Origin: Nemertoderma westbladi | Lineage: Eukaryota; Animalia; Xenacoelomorpha | Reading direction: 5' to 3' | Assembly (NCBI GenBank): GCA_032718475.1 | Contig: JAUCBJ010007673.1 | Location: 1 to 64,000 of the forward strand | Length of the DNA: 64,000 nt | In this document: positions 44,182 through 57,600 of the stretch, one piece after another | Position numbering within the stretch: the stretch's first letter is position 1 | How the letters are laid out: the number at the start of each line of letters is the position of its first letter | The notes under the pieces: generated by a model | Database searches by the model: none | Told to the model about the DNA's origin: nothing | What the model saw: the letters and a program-made list of their open reading frames with translations, nothing else | Program-made: the position numbers and the translations under genes

Positions 44182-45539
44182 AATTATATTCAAATGCAGT
44201 TCTGTTGTTCGATGGTGCTATTGTCTCTTTGTCAGCGTGAGCAGTTTGGAGAATCAAATCAATTACAAACTTTGGAAGCCGTGTCTCTCTGGTCTGTTAG
44301 TTCGTGCTGGTTTTTCATTGTGCAGATTATTCAATGCCAGTAAGTCACCTTTTCTGTTATTTCCAATACTTGTTATGTTTGTAAATGTAAATGTGGGACA
44401 TTAGTTTCTAGGCTTATTGACAGCGATTGATTATATTATAGATACATTTTTTATACAATGAACCACTCTGCAATTTTCACATCCTCAGCCCCATAGCCAG
44501 ATCCCTAGCAGCCCGCTGTAAGAGTTTGAACAAAACACCCCCCCAGATATCACTGCATCAGCAACCCTCGGCCAGACAGTCAAACCCCATGGACTACTCC
44601 ATCCTCACAATTCGTGCGTGTGAACCAGTGATGCTGCGCTGACTGATGCTGCTGCTACTGCAGCTGCACTGCACATCGGGCTGGAGATCCAACTATCAGT
44701 GGGCTGCTACTCGCCTGGTGTATTATCTACGGGGAGGTATATTCGCCACGTACTCACAATCTTATTCATATGACCCATAGCGGTCACTAACCCCAACAAC
44801 ACTATATTGCACCTAAGTTTCCCATATGGTTTAATGGTGAGATTGTTCCCCTTAATTGATTCGGTGCCAACCGAATCTACCATTATTGTTATTGGGTTGC
44901 AAATATCTGGATTGGTTTCCCTCCGAGGACGCTTTGTAATCGATTTTTCGCACCTCTGTAGGCAAACATACACTCTGTCATGATTCTGATTTAAAAATGC
45001 AATAATCACTACACAATTATTACCTATTTCCACCTCTCCCACCATAATATTTCATTCCGTTAATATCAAATATTACAACATATTTCCATCCCAAACATCC
45101 TTAACCACCCTCACCCACAATTCCAACCAATATTGCTGGCTACTCCCCTACAAATCATTGCTATCCAATGAAGGAGATTGCTACACAACCTCCCTCCTTT
45201 CTATCATTGGCCTCTTAGTACGCCAACCTTCACCCACCTATTAGTCTCACCCAGTTATTAATAAAGGAATAATTGATAACCAGCAAACTCTATTGCCATT
45301 CATCATCAGTAATCGGTTATTGGTCAGTCTAACAACCACGTATTAATTATATTTTACATGGGTTGAATGTAAAATCACTGCACAAGAAAGACAAACTGTG
45401 TTTAGGTGATAATTAGGGGTCAACTTCTTATTGACCCCACACTGGGTTTAAAAGGGGCCACATTTGGATGAAAAAATGAGTCCAAAAACCAGCCTTCATA
45501 GTTGGCCACCTCGACAGCTAAACTAGGCTTTGCTCTAAT

Positions 45540-45740
45540 TGGACTTCTTTCTTCCCAGGCCAGCCTTAGCGGGTTCGTGGTTGCTGGGAAGGTAAGACGT
45601 TACCACCAAGGACTGAGTTTGGCTGACTAGCCTTGAAGTGAGCTCTGCTCCATGGTATTGCACTTCTTTCTTCCCAGGCCGGCCTTAGTGGGTTTGCGGT
45701 TGCTGGGAAGGTAAGACGTTACTGCCTTGGACTGAGATAG
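45540..45740 (+). repeat. 119-bp-period duplication containing a stem-loop and splice-site-like cassette
   Basis: CTTCTTTCTTCCCAGGCC...GCTGGGAAGGTAAGACGTTAC at about 45544 and 45663. Confidence 0.75.
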
Positions 45741-45848
45741 ATCTCTGGCTAACTAGCCCCAGAGTGCTTGCACACGCTGTCCACTGGCTACTTAGTTCGT
45801 CTCAGGACCGACATTTAGTTTTGGGTGCAGAATAGCAGTGTGAAAGTC

Positions 45849-47140
45849 TCAAATATTTTCGGACGTATTTGGTGGAAATACACTCACAAACGCATATATT
45901 AATTCGTAGCTGGGAATACGAGTTTTTTTGTTCGACCTGGGGAAAGAGATAGGGGTGAAATACATACACTCCTTCGTAAGTGCGTCCTGTATAATACCAA
46001 TGGCGCGACTTGCAGTGAAGATCTGCGCTAGCTTCCCAAGCTCATATGTATCGAAGTACAATCAACTCGTCTACACTTTCAATGTCTTGGCTAAAAGGGC
46101 AATCCCAACTAGCGTGTCCTTTTAGTTGACAGTAATAACGGTATTGCGTCATAAATTAGGGGCAAACCGCAAACATATGCTTGTTGTTGATCAGGCAATA
46201 AGCACAGTAAATCTCCATAGCTGGTTGATCCTCAAAATAAGACAAAAGCTCTTCTGATTCTGGTGAAGTAGAATCTCGGTATGCTTCTCCACTACCTGAT
46301 TCCTTTCGTCACATTGACATCACTTTTCTTCTAAGAAATCAGATAGGGAGTATACATATCTCGAATCGATATCTTTCTCTAGGTTCTCGATTTGAATTTC
46401 CATTACTGAGTATCCCGAGGGTATCTTGGGTTGGGTCGCTACAGGACGGAGGAATGCGGGTTCTAGGTGCAAACATCTTTAAAGATGGCAAACCCAGTGC
46501 TAACCAGTTTCTCAGCAGCGGCATCCTGGAGGCTGAGTTTGATCCACACGTGATCTTTGAACTGACTATCAACGTTCCGAAACGGAGTCAGAAAGTGCCT
46601 AAAACATTCATATCGAATGAACTTATTATGTTTGTATTACGCTCGTATTTTAGGAAGTTAACCTGGGATGAAGGGGTGAGAACGCATTCTTCGGCTGCAC
46701 ACATCAGCTAACCATCCAGAAAGTGCGGTGTTCTCAAATATGGCGTAGATGGCCAAGGAAGTACGGAGGAGAACACTCGTGAAACTATAAACTGCGCCAA
46801 TCGCGATATGCTTCTCCTCGAGCTGATTCTCTCTTCTGGTCGTCTGAGTGTTTCCCTAAAAACTCATGGTAGAAAATACACGCATTCGAGGTTGATGTCA
46901 TGATCGATTCGTGGTTTATCGCGACATTACGTTGTCTTTGCGCATGGAATCGAAATAAAACCATCTCAGTTTATATGTCTAGATCATCTGTATCTCATAG
47001 ATCAATAGGGTTTCCCATAGTTAGGAAATCCATATACGTATAATTTCGATGAATGTAACGCAAGGTGAATTTTCGATATATAAATTCATGCTGGAGTTGT
47101 ACTTTGGTCATCGGTGACTCGATGTAGGGTCCATCATCCG
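45849..47140 (-). pseudogene. Highly decayed relic of a fourth Bel/Pao ORF3 (exonuclease/zinc-knuckle) copy
   Basis: Colinear nucleotide similarity to BEL-3: 45850-46190 with 49200-49560, 46560-46780 with 50010-50230, 46970-47140 with 52670-52830. Many indels. Confidence 0.8.
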
Positions 47141-47147
47141 CTGCAGT

Positions 47148-47424
47148 TTCCACCTTGGTGTAGTGGTTGCATTGAATTCACATCTCCTGTAGGTCGTGGG
47201 TTCGATCCTCACATGGACCAGGGCAGTTTTCGTTTCGGCACGAATGCTTTAAAGGGACCAGCCAGGGCGCATCTCTGCCTTGCATCCTTAAGTGGTAGTG
47301 AAATGAGTACTGGTGTTTCCTCTGGGGAGTAAAGTTCTGGGGGGACCGCACTGGAAATAAGTTGTCAGACTTTGAGCGTAATCCCTGGCATAGTGGCTGA
47401 AGAAAATTTACTTTTATTTTACTT
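47148..47424 (+). mobile_element. tRNA-derived SINE with a Meta/Sauria-like core
   Basis: A box TGGTGTAGTGG, B box GGTTCGATCC, core CTCTGCCTTGCATCCTT..GG..GAAATGAGTAC and a TTTAC-repeat tail. Possible TSD TGCAGT (47142-47147, 47425-47430). Confidence 0.75.
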
Positions 47425-47462
47425 TGCAGTCTATTTACTAATATCACCGCTTAATAGACTAT

Positions 47463-48638
47463 TGTTCGCGCTTTCAGACCTTTAGCAGTTTAACCTGCCA
47501 AATTGGGATGTCTTCTAGATAATAGATAGTCTTTAGCCTATGACGAGTATTTGATACACTACATTAGCCGAAGCCAGTCTATGCGCGATCATTCACCCGC
47601 TGGATATACCCGGGAGACTGGATTCGGAAGCCTAACCGTATTGCGGTGTAGGCCTACTGTATTATTCGACTGATCGTAATATATAATCTCTGACAAATAT
47701 TATTCACTTTCGGGAAATATTAACAGTTCCTTTAGGACGTGGCGCTCTAAATATGTAAACAGAGTTATGACTTAAACTAGACACAACGGGATGGCTATAG
47801 ATTCACGTATATGGCGCATTCTTTAGGAGATGCTTTGTTATCAGTCACAATCATACACAATACTGCACAATGCTGCACACTGATCTGCCGACCTTCACTA
47901 ATTTTAGTCACATATAAAGAGAACAACAGACAATACATGTAGTGCCTATGAAATAGCATTAGATTCACTTCAAAACCACTTTAATGTAAGTCGCAATCGT
48001 TATATGTAACCGGTCTCTCTAACCTTCAGTATATCAAGAAGATCGAGGGTTTGTAATTATTTATCGGTATTCCCAATATAATAATATTCCATCAACAGAT
48101 ATAATGAATAACCGACAGTAAATAGCAGTACAAATGTTAAGGTATGAATTGATATGATATGTGAGTTATGATTGTAAACATGCGATAACAGATATACGTT
48201 CTATAATTAAGCCTACTAATGTTGGGCTAAAGACTGAAAACACAGAGATTCCAAAAGCCGGTCTTCTGGGCTCAGGACAAAATGTAAACATTGACCCATA
48301 ATGCATTGCGCGATTTCTCGGAGGTTTCTGTACAAAAAGCAGGAGAATCGCTCTGATTGGTTGACCGAACAAAGAAACATCAGAGAACAAGGAAAAAGCT
48401 ATACGTGTACAGCTCAGCTGTTAGCTGTCGTCATAGTAACTACACTGTTTCAAGAGGATCTAGCGCATTGCGTCACAGAATTGCTAATTATGTCCGCTAA
48501 AGTACACATACAGAAGAAATAGCTTTTATGTCCCCTAAAACACCAGTACAGTAAGGATACGGCCTTTTATGCCTGTTAAACCAACTACAGAGTACTTTAT
48601 GGGGAAAATAACCGGTTAATTCCGCAAAAGCTTTTACA
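47463..48638 (-). repeat. BEL-3 3' LTR (1176 bp), with PPT GGGAGCGG at 48646-48639
   Basis: Diverged reverse-complement homolog of the BEL-1 LTR, with TGT...ACA ends. Confidence 0.92.
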
Positions 48639-48716
48639 CCGCTCCCAGAAAATGGGATTTAAGTCTATAAAATATAACAAATCACAGTTTCTAAAATATA
48701 AAAATACTCTAAACAG

Positions 48717-51700
48717 TTAGTCTTTCTTACGCGGACGGCGTTTACGCAGTTTTTTGAGGCTAGCAAGAGTCCTTTTCTCTTTGGGGCGAGCCACTTTACT
48801 AGGAGGGCTGTAACTCCTGGGTGAAGGGTGCAATACAATTGCATCAGAAGGTTTAGGATTACGATCGGTGTATCCGCCGGTCGAGGTACCTGGTTGATCG
48901 ATATCAACTTCAGTGGAGCGAGGTCTAACAGCCTTTAGGGCGCGTCTTAGGACAGCAGCTCCTACGGGTCCTTGACGGGTCGTTTGGACAATGGCGGTAG
49001 GTGGACCGTGAGTGGTGAGAAACTTCCTCGGTTTAATGGTTCTTTCCAGCTCGCGTTCTCGGGCTCGATATTCGTAGGGCCGTCGAGATACTTCCTGTAA
49101 CTCAGGGTGCGAGTTGATAAATAAATCTCCATACTCAGGGTCTTGACGGATGAAATTGATCAAATGGTATGAAGTAATATCGTTAGGATTGACGTTCCTG
49201 AGATATTTTCGAATTTGGTGGAAATACACTCACCAACACGCTTCATTAGTTCGTAACTCGGTGTGCGTGTTTTTTGTTCAACAGATGCGAATAAATAAGG
49301 ATGGAACGCGTAAACTCCCTCGTAAGAGCGTCCAGGGTAATAGCGATGGCGGGACTCACAATGTAAATCCGCGTTCGCTTCCCAAGCTCGAATGTAGCGC
49401 AGGGTAATCATCTCATCTACGCTTTCTAAATCGCGGTTAAAGGGGCAATTATAACTGGCATGTCCTTTAAGTTGACAGTGGTGGCATTGAGTCATAAATT
49501 GGGGGCAGACTGCAAAAATGTGCGAGTTATTAAGTCTGCAATACGCACAACAGATCTCCATCATCGGTTGTTCGTGGAAATAGGAGCAGGGTACGTCTGA
49601 GTCCATAGGGGTGAAATGGTCTCTCGATGCGCATAATCGACAACGTTTTCGAGAAACATAGTTGGCGTGTCGATAATCGTATGCGGTGAGACATTGTGGA
49701 CCTTGATACCACTCTAAGACGTAGTCGTTATCGCTGCTCCGGGGCGCTGTAGGCTGAATCGCCTCAGATTCTAAGCATATTGGTTCGTCTTCCAATTGCA
49801 TAGCTGAGGTAGGTGCGGCTGTCTCTGCAAGCGGACCCACTGTCTGAACTTCCACGACAGAATAACCCGTGGGTATTCGGGGTCTTTGTATAACAGATGA
49901 ATGTAAGTTCTGTATACAAACGTCCTGAAAAAGGGCAAATCCCGCGCTGTTTAGCTTCTCCGCAGCTGAGTCTCTTAGGCTGAGTTTGGTCAGAGCGCGG
50001 TCCTTGAACTGACTATCAACGTTACGGAACGGAGTCAGAAAGCGCCTGAAACATTCGAAGCGGATGAATTTATTGTGTTCATCTAACTTGGCGAGTTTGG
50101 TTCCAAGTATTAAGGGATGGGCGCGTATGGTACGACTGCACACATCGGCTAGCCAACCGGCAAGTGCTGCGTTTTCAAAGATCGTGTATATAGCTAAGGA
50201 GGGACGAAGTGGAACACTCATAAAGCTATACACGGCGCCAGGTGCGGACAATGGTCCATCAAAGTATAAACGAGAATAATGATCTCCATATACTTGTTGG
50301 TAATTGATAGGATTTCCAACCTTGAAATTCCATCCGTATTCTTGAAAGGCGAGATGTCCGATGGAGGTTCGTTGTACTTTAGTAATGCCGCTGGGTGTAT
50401 TGGCATACATAGTGCGGAAGAAACCTCGGCCTTCTGCCCAGGGAGCAATCAGCTGAGTATCAATGAAAGGGTATGGAATGTTCTCCATATTCCGAAAGTC
50501 GTTTTGTAGATCTCCATAAACAGCTGAGCCGATTTTAAGGATTCTTTCGTTAAACAACATCTCGAGCACGGGCTGGGGTAACATCGATCCATCGATACCC
50601 ATGGCCGGTTTGCGCTCGGTGTCGGTGACGTAACGCTGCGCGAGTTCAAATTGTCCATGTCGGAGTTTCTTTTGTGTCTCAGTAAGAGTTTCAAAAGAAT
50701 AATCAATCACATCGGAACACGCTCGAGTAAATACGTGGGTAGAACCAGCGAGTCCTCGTATGTGTATCATCCGCGTAGTTCCCAGTTCTCCAACCGGAAC
50801 GCTACCTTCGTTATCGTAAGTGACAACTCCATACATATCGATAACGTTAAGAGTCTCGTTCCACTCTTTAGTGGCGTTCTCGAGGGTCATTCCCACTGGG
50901 TGCCACAAGGTAGCACATTCGCTAGCATTAGGTAGATCTCTATACTTTAAGTATTGTGTAGTACATGTTTCCACATCTCCATATCGTTGTATTCTTTCCT
51001 CCTCGAATAACACGTCAAGATTCCAGTGTACTAATCGAGTTTTGATGAATCCATCAAGATTATGCGGAGGTATTGTTTCTTTCTCTATTCTGGAAACATT
51101 ATATGGTTTTCGAAATGAGTTTATTTTAACTAACTGATCCAGATGTTTCTGCAGTTGTTCGAGTTCGACAAGATCGAGAGGATTTATTAGTGGTAGAAAC
51201 CTCAGACTATGTGTAGGATCTTCCGGTTTTACCATGTAATATTGTGTTAGATTGACGTAATAAGGGTGATCTTTGATCCCATAAAACGAGTCCGGTAAAG
51301 GTCTAGCGCGTATGTTAACATTGTGTACCATGCGATGGACAAGATCCGCTCTATTGTCCGGAGGTTCAATGAGTATACCATCGACACGAGCGGCTTCGAT
51401 GGGCGGATGTTGCAACATGGGAGCGTCAGCAATAAGATCTCGAGATCTTAGGTTGATATCAACCGGTTGGGGTTGTACCGTCGCAAAGAGTTTGTCTCCG
51501 AAATGGGGAACCATCGAGGGATGAAGGATGGTTTTAGAGTAGAGATCCGTCATAAGGATTTGAGCTTCGGGTTGGGCTAAAGCTGCTTCTTCTCTCTCAT
51601 CTAGTTCTATATGTCTCTCCTCGAGCTGATTTTCCTCCGCTTGTTGTTGTAGACGCTCATCTAGGAACTCTTGTAAAGAGTAGGTTCGTCCACGTTTGAT

Positions 51701-52941
51701 GTCCTCCTCGAGATTTTGTATTTCTCTATCGAACTGGGGTAAAGCTAATTCCTTCACCGCTTGTACTTGTTGCTGCAATTTACGTTTCTCCAAACAATCG
51801 TAAGTTCCCTTTCCGATTTTCTGCCGAATAGCGTCTAACGCGTTTCGTACGACGCTCTCTTCGACTTCCGTAACGGGTTGTATTGGGGTGAAGCCGGGAC
51901 GGTTGTACGGGTTAAACGGCGATATTATATGACCGCGTCCTAATCCGGCTAGGTAGGGTTGGCGAATATCTAGCGAGCCTACTACCGGAGTGCCACCGAT
52001 CAACTGTTCGGGTAACACTAGATCTTTGAACAGTGAGTACAGTTCGGGAGGATCAGTGATACTATTAGGATCAAGAGTCTGAGGTCTAACTGAGGAATGA
52101 GGAGGTCTGACCGAGTATTCCGGAACTCTGATCATTGGTTTATTCAAGGATCGTTTGAGTCGAGCGACCGTAGGTGATACGTCGAACAGGTTTCGCTCGA
52201 AACTCCCATAAGTATATCATGTAAAACTGTGTTTAGCGCAACGTCTCCGCGGATGTTTATGTCTTTCCGTTTGCTGATTGGGTCTAGGGCATTCGTCGCA
52301 GTAATACCAAAGACGCACGTCCTGCAGGGGAAACGCGGGTGATTGTTCTCCAGTTTTACAATATTCCTCCATCTGTTCGAAGCTATCTGGGATGACAGGT
52401 AGCGGTCGATCGGCGGTAAGATACATCATAGTGAAATAGAGTCGTTTGAGTTCTATCATAGGATCATGATGTATACCTTGAGGATATCGAGTTTCGAGAT
52501 TTTTTTGGCTAGCAATTCCAGATAATCGTTGAAGTCGCTGCGTTTATCCGGTTCTTCAACGTCTTCCCTTGCGAGTCTGTTTCGAATAGAGTTCTCGTGT
52601 TTTATTCTCGGTTTATCATTCCGACTCCGCTGGGTATGATATTTAAATAAAACCATTTCCCTTTCGGTGTCTACGTCGTCCGTATCGTGTAAATCGATAG
52701 GATGGCCAGTAGTTAAGAAGTCCATATACGTACCATTACGATGCGTATAGCGAGCGGTGAACTTTCTATAATCCAATTCATGCGTAAGTTGCTCCGGGGA
52801 CATTGGCGGTTCAATATAACGACCATCATCCTCCGTAGTAGTGGAACCAGCGTCGCCGGGTATCAAGCTATCGACAAACGCTTGCAAAGGTAGAGTATAT
52901 CTCTCCCTGATACCAAGATCATCTTCTATCAACTCAGTCAT
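48717..52941 (-). pseudogene. BEL-3 ORF3 (about 1400 codons in four pieces; largest is 995 aa): DEDDy-like exonuclease plus zinc knuckles
   Basis: TYDNEG, KIGSAVYGDL, PFIDTQ, SIGHLA, PL...AIYTIFE; N-terminal CDEC...CAKH; knuckles CAYCRLNNSHIFAVC and CHHCQLKGHASYNC. Confidence 0.82.
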
Positions 52942-54661
52942 ATCTGCTATATGAGTTTATCAATATTATAATGAGTTTATATATTAGGCTAGCGGGCGTC
53001 ACTGCCTACCCCTCTTTTGCCCCCAGACAGTGCAAGATCCTCAGCGCTGATGTACCGTCGTCGCTGTGCTTTCGCCAACGATGTAGCTACACAATGACAA
53101 CGATAACCGGCACAAGTCACTCCACTGTCCGTCCCAAAGGCTTAGATGTACTTCAGGTTCTTTCTGGAGAGTTAGGGCTACTTTCACAATTGCGACTCGC
53201 TACTGTAAACACACTTTAGCAGTAACATTCACCTATAAACGCACAAATTCAACACAACTGTCACAAACTGTACACATTCGGGCCATTTGTCCGTTAGTCA
53301 GTGCCTTCCAGAATGTCACTTTATTTATTATGTATCCTTGGATACTAGCAGTGCGCTATTTATTCCCTATGCTATTCAATGGGGCAAGCTTTCTATTGTT
53401 CTTTTAACTCACTTCTAATTCTAGCGTGGTTGTTGCCATGGTGACATTATGGAAAGCTAGCGGTAGAATTAGGGTAATTCTCATGCATACAGATCTGGGA
53501 TGCTATTTAATAGTAATTCTTTAATGGTCAATATCCTCTCTATACATGATTTTATGAATTTTATCGGCTATTGACTATATATTGGAGATTCTCGTACACT
53601 AATATACTTAATAGAGTGAATCTCCGCTCCCATGATCTATTAATTTATGGAATTTTGGGAATGTTATAAATTGTATAAAATGACAATTTATCAAATTCAT
53701 TAAAATATGAATTCAAATTTATTCCCGTAAATTTTATTATTTAATATTAAATAGACACAATTTATTCCAGAACATGTCTGGGGACTGGGATCCTTGATTC
53801 TAGGAAATTTGTCTTTTTAAGAGTATCAGTAAGTGCTACGATATCTTAATAGACTAGAATTTTAAAGGATCTAAAATTTGACAGATTTTGTAAATATTAA
53901 TAATTAATATTTAGGATGGGCACCAGTTTATTCCAGAACTTGTCTGGGGATGTTAACCACTGATTCTAGAATTTTGTCTTTCAAGTATATCGGTGGGTGC
54001 CGTGATATCTTAATCGACTAGAATTGCAGATGGTCAAAGGGTTTAACAGATTTATTTTGCGTTATACGCTACTGTTAAAGGGACATCACGCTACTATATG
54101 TATTATTTAATATACGGTATGAGAGCAATATCGCACGAAGCAATGTCAGTGAGAAGAGGCAAGTCGTTTCCAAGGTCTACCCAGAGCTTGGTTTAGCCGA
54201 GACACGAGGATCTGAATTTTGCATTCCTAATACTCTACTTTACCAATAATACTTGAATATAGTAGGAGCTTTATTGTACTTTAATAAGTACGGACATTTC
54301 ATCTTACTGTAGTTACGTATTTGTAATGTAATACGGGCAGTAAGGAAAGAGAAAAAGAATTATTTCTCGCCGTCGCACTAAATATATAATATACGTAATA
54401 TAACGTATATAACGTATAACGTATATATATACGTAATATACGTACGGACAGTAAGGAAGGAGAAAAATAATTATTTCTCACCATCGCACTAAATATATAA
54501 TATATAAGTAATTAAGCAATAAACGCAAATATATATTGCACTAATCTACTAAATAATCGCTAAAATAACATTCTACTAAATAAAATTAAAGAAAACGATT
54601 ATAATAAAATTACATAATAATACATACATAAATATAAAATAATAAGAATAAAATAATATGG

Positions 54662-57600
54662 TCACACACCCACTCCAGCTGGGGAGTCCCTAGATGTTTG
54701 TTGGATTAGGGAGGTGGTCGTGGGAAGAGTATCTTGTCTTCCATAGTTTCCGGAGAGTTCTCTGTCTCTTTCCAGTAAACATAAGCGACCAACTGGGCGA
54801 TTGAGCTGCTGTGTCTCGAAGACAATTCCCGGTTTCTTGAAGTTACGTCGCATGACGACGAGTTCTACCGATCGCACCAAACCGTCATCCGAGATGTGAG
54901 TCTCAATGATACGACCTGTCTGACCACTTAGTTCGAAGTTGTAGCGTGGGCAGATAATGTTTTTCGAAATGGTCAGCGAAACGACGGGATAACAACTGCA
55001 TGAGTTGCCAAGTTTGCCGGCAGTATTCGTCTCTGTCTGTGATTTCCGATTGTGGGAGCATGGCTACAGGTTTCTTCAGTAGGAAGTGCGCGGGTGTTAG
55101 CGCTTCCAGGGAATCGGGACTCGATGAGACTGGCATAAGCGGTCTCTCGTTGAGATAGGCGGCGATTTCCTCCATTAATGTCCGCAAAAGTTCGTCGGTG
55201 AGATACGTGCGGCACGGCACTATAAAGTGAAATGCGGTCTTCACACTTCTTATTAATCTCTCCCAACTTCCTCCCCACCAAGGGGCGTCGGCGGCGTTGA
55301 AGGTCCAGCTAGACGCTGTTACTCGTAGGTGATCGTCCATCTGTCTTTGGTTCCAATCTTTGACGTAAGCTTTGATTTCATTGTTGGCACCAATGAAGTT
55401 TGTTCCCTTATCAGATCTCATCGTGTTACTAGTTCCAAAGCGAGCGATCTGTCGTCGTAAGCTTAATAGGAAGCTGTTGGTAGATAAATCGTTCACCATA
55501 TCGAGATGGATAGCTCTACAAGTCATACAAACAAAGATGACACACCATCTCTTGACTATAGTCCTAGCACGATATACTTCAATAGGGCCAAATAAATCTA
55601 CACCGGTATTAGTAAAGGATGGTTCATAGAAGCTTACTCGTTCCCTAGGTAATTCTGCCTCTCGCTGTGTTAAAGGCCTACTGAATGCTTTCCTACAGGG
55701 TATGCAGTTCCTAAGAACTTGGTTCAGAGCTCTACGGGGTTTATAAAAATAATAGCGAGTTCGAATTTCGCTAAGAACTCGTTCTCTACCAGCATGATAA
55801 AGTTTGCTGTGAACATCTACAATCATCTTGACTTGTATCTCAAGATTTCTAATGAGTATGGGAAACTTAGTGTCAAAGGATAATGGAGCATTCGTTAATC
55901 TTCCTCCAACACGTATCAACCCATCTATCATTGTACTAGAGAAACGATCCCTTAAACGCATCTGTGGATTTCTCAACAACAGAAAATACTTATCGGAATC
56001 CTCATAGCATTGCAGGAGTCTCAGCATCTGCTTGTTGGTTTCTTCATGCTCCTGATAACTGATCTTCTCCTTCAGAAACCTGTCGGATATCTTATATTTG
56101 GGAAGATCTTTAACAACATGGACCTGCACCGATGTTAGTGGAGCGGTATCACTTTTGGTCTTCATCCCGGAGTAGTGATGGTGAAAACATCTTTTTAAAT
56201 ATGTAACGGCCTTACAGAGCCGATTCCAGGAACTGTAGTGATGTATCGCTCTCTGCAGGAGAGGTGAGAGTCCTTGCGAGACGTCTGGTATTCCAGATTT
56301 CCAATCCTTCTCACGGATTTCCACAACAAACTTATTTGTGGCTGTGGGTTTCTGATCCAAAGCGTCGTCTCCGGAAGTATGTAGTACAGACAGATCTACC
56401 ATAGGTTTGAATAACTTCGATTTACTCGCCCGAGTTTTAGGTTTGACTTTCTCCGCTCCCTTGGCCTGTCTAATCTCTGCTGTAGTAAGATGAGGAGGCC
56501 ATTCTTCTTCTTCTTTGTAGAGGAAGTCGGGTCCACCTAACCAGTCTGGAGTATCTACCAGTTCTTGTGGAGTAGCTCCCCTGGAGGCGATGTCTGCTGG
56601 ATTGATCGTTCCGGGGCAATGTCTCCATTGATCCATCGTCGTGCGACTGAGTATAATAGCTACTCTGTTGGTAACGAAGACGCTGAACTGACAGACTTCA
56701 TTGGTTATATACTCCTACACGAGCAAAGCGTCGGTCCAATAGACAGTTTTCTCCAGTGGATAGTCGATCTGTTCTGTTACATTCCGGCCGATGGCTGTAG
56801 CGTATAGAGCCGCTTTTAACTCCGCTCGAGGAACTTTCAACTTGTTGTTATTGATTCCGTCCGGAGTTTCCACCCTTAGGTAGGCTACTATACCTATTCC
56901 CATATCGCTGGCGTCTCCAAATACATGGAGTTGATAGGAATACGTAGGGAGAACATGACCAAAATATGAACAGGAAATTATAAAGTTCTTGATGGCTGGT
57001 AGAGAATCTTCCCATTTCATCCACTTCTTTAATAATTCTCCCTTAAGTGGATCGTCCCATGAGTGGTTTTCAAGCCACATTTGTTGTACTAAACTCCAAG
57101 CAATCAATATAACTGGGCTAATAAATCCCAATGGATCGAAATAAGTGCTCAGGATACTTAAACAAATCCGTTTTGTCCGAACTGGATTATCTCGCTGTTT
57201 TAGCTGGAAAAACAGGATATCTCTCTCTGTGTCCCATTTCAAACCAAGTGTCTTGGTTTCTGGAAGATCATCTTTGATTAGATCTAGGTCTTTCGCTCCT
57301 CGATCTTCTACCGGGATTGACTCCAGAAACTCACGGGAGTTGCTGCTGAATTTAGTTAATCGAAATCCACCTCTTTTTAAGCACTCTACCGTTCCTTTAG
57401 CGACATCAATGGCTTCTTCGACTGATGGAAGGGACTTTAGATTGTCGTCCATGTATATATCCCGTTTGATGTTGTCTATCACCTCTTTAGAGAAGGCTTC
57501 CCGGTTGTCATCTGCAGTGGTGCGCACCACTGAACAGGCGTTTGAAGGGCTTGAGATTATCCCAAAAGCCTGGATGGTCATCCAGTACTCCACTGGTTTC

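Noticed and set aside
44707-45045. 112-aa minus-strand ORF as a gene or LINE fragment
   Set aside because: No recognisable motifs or splice support.
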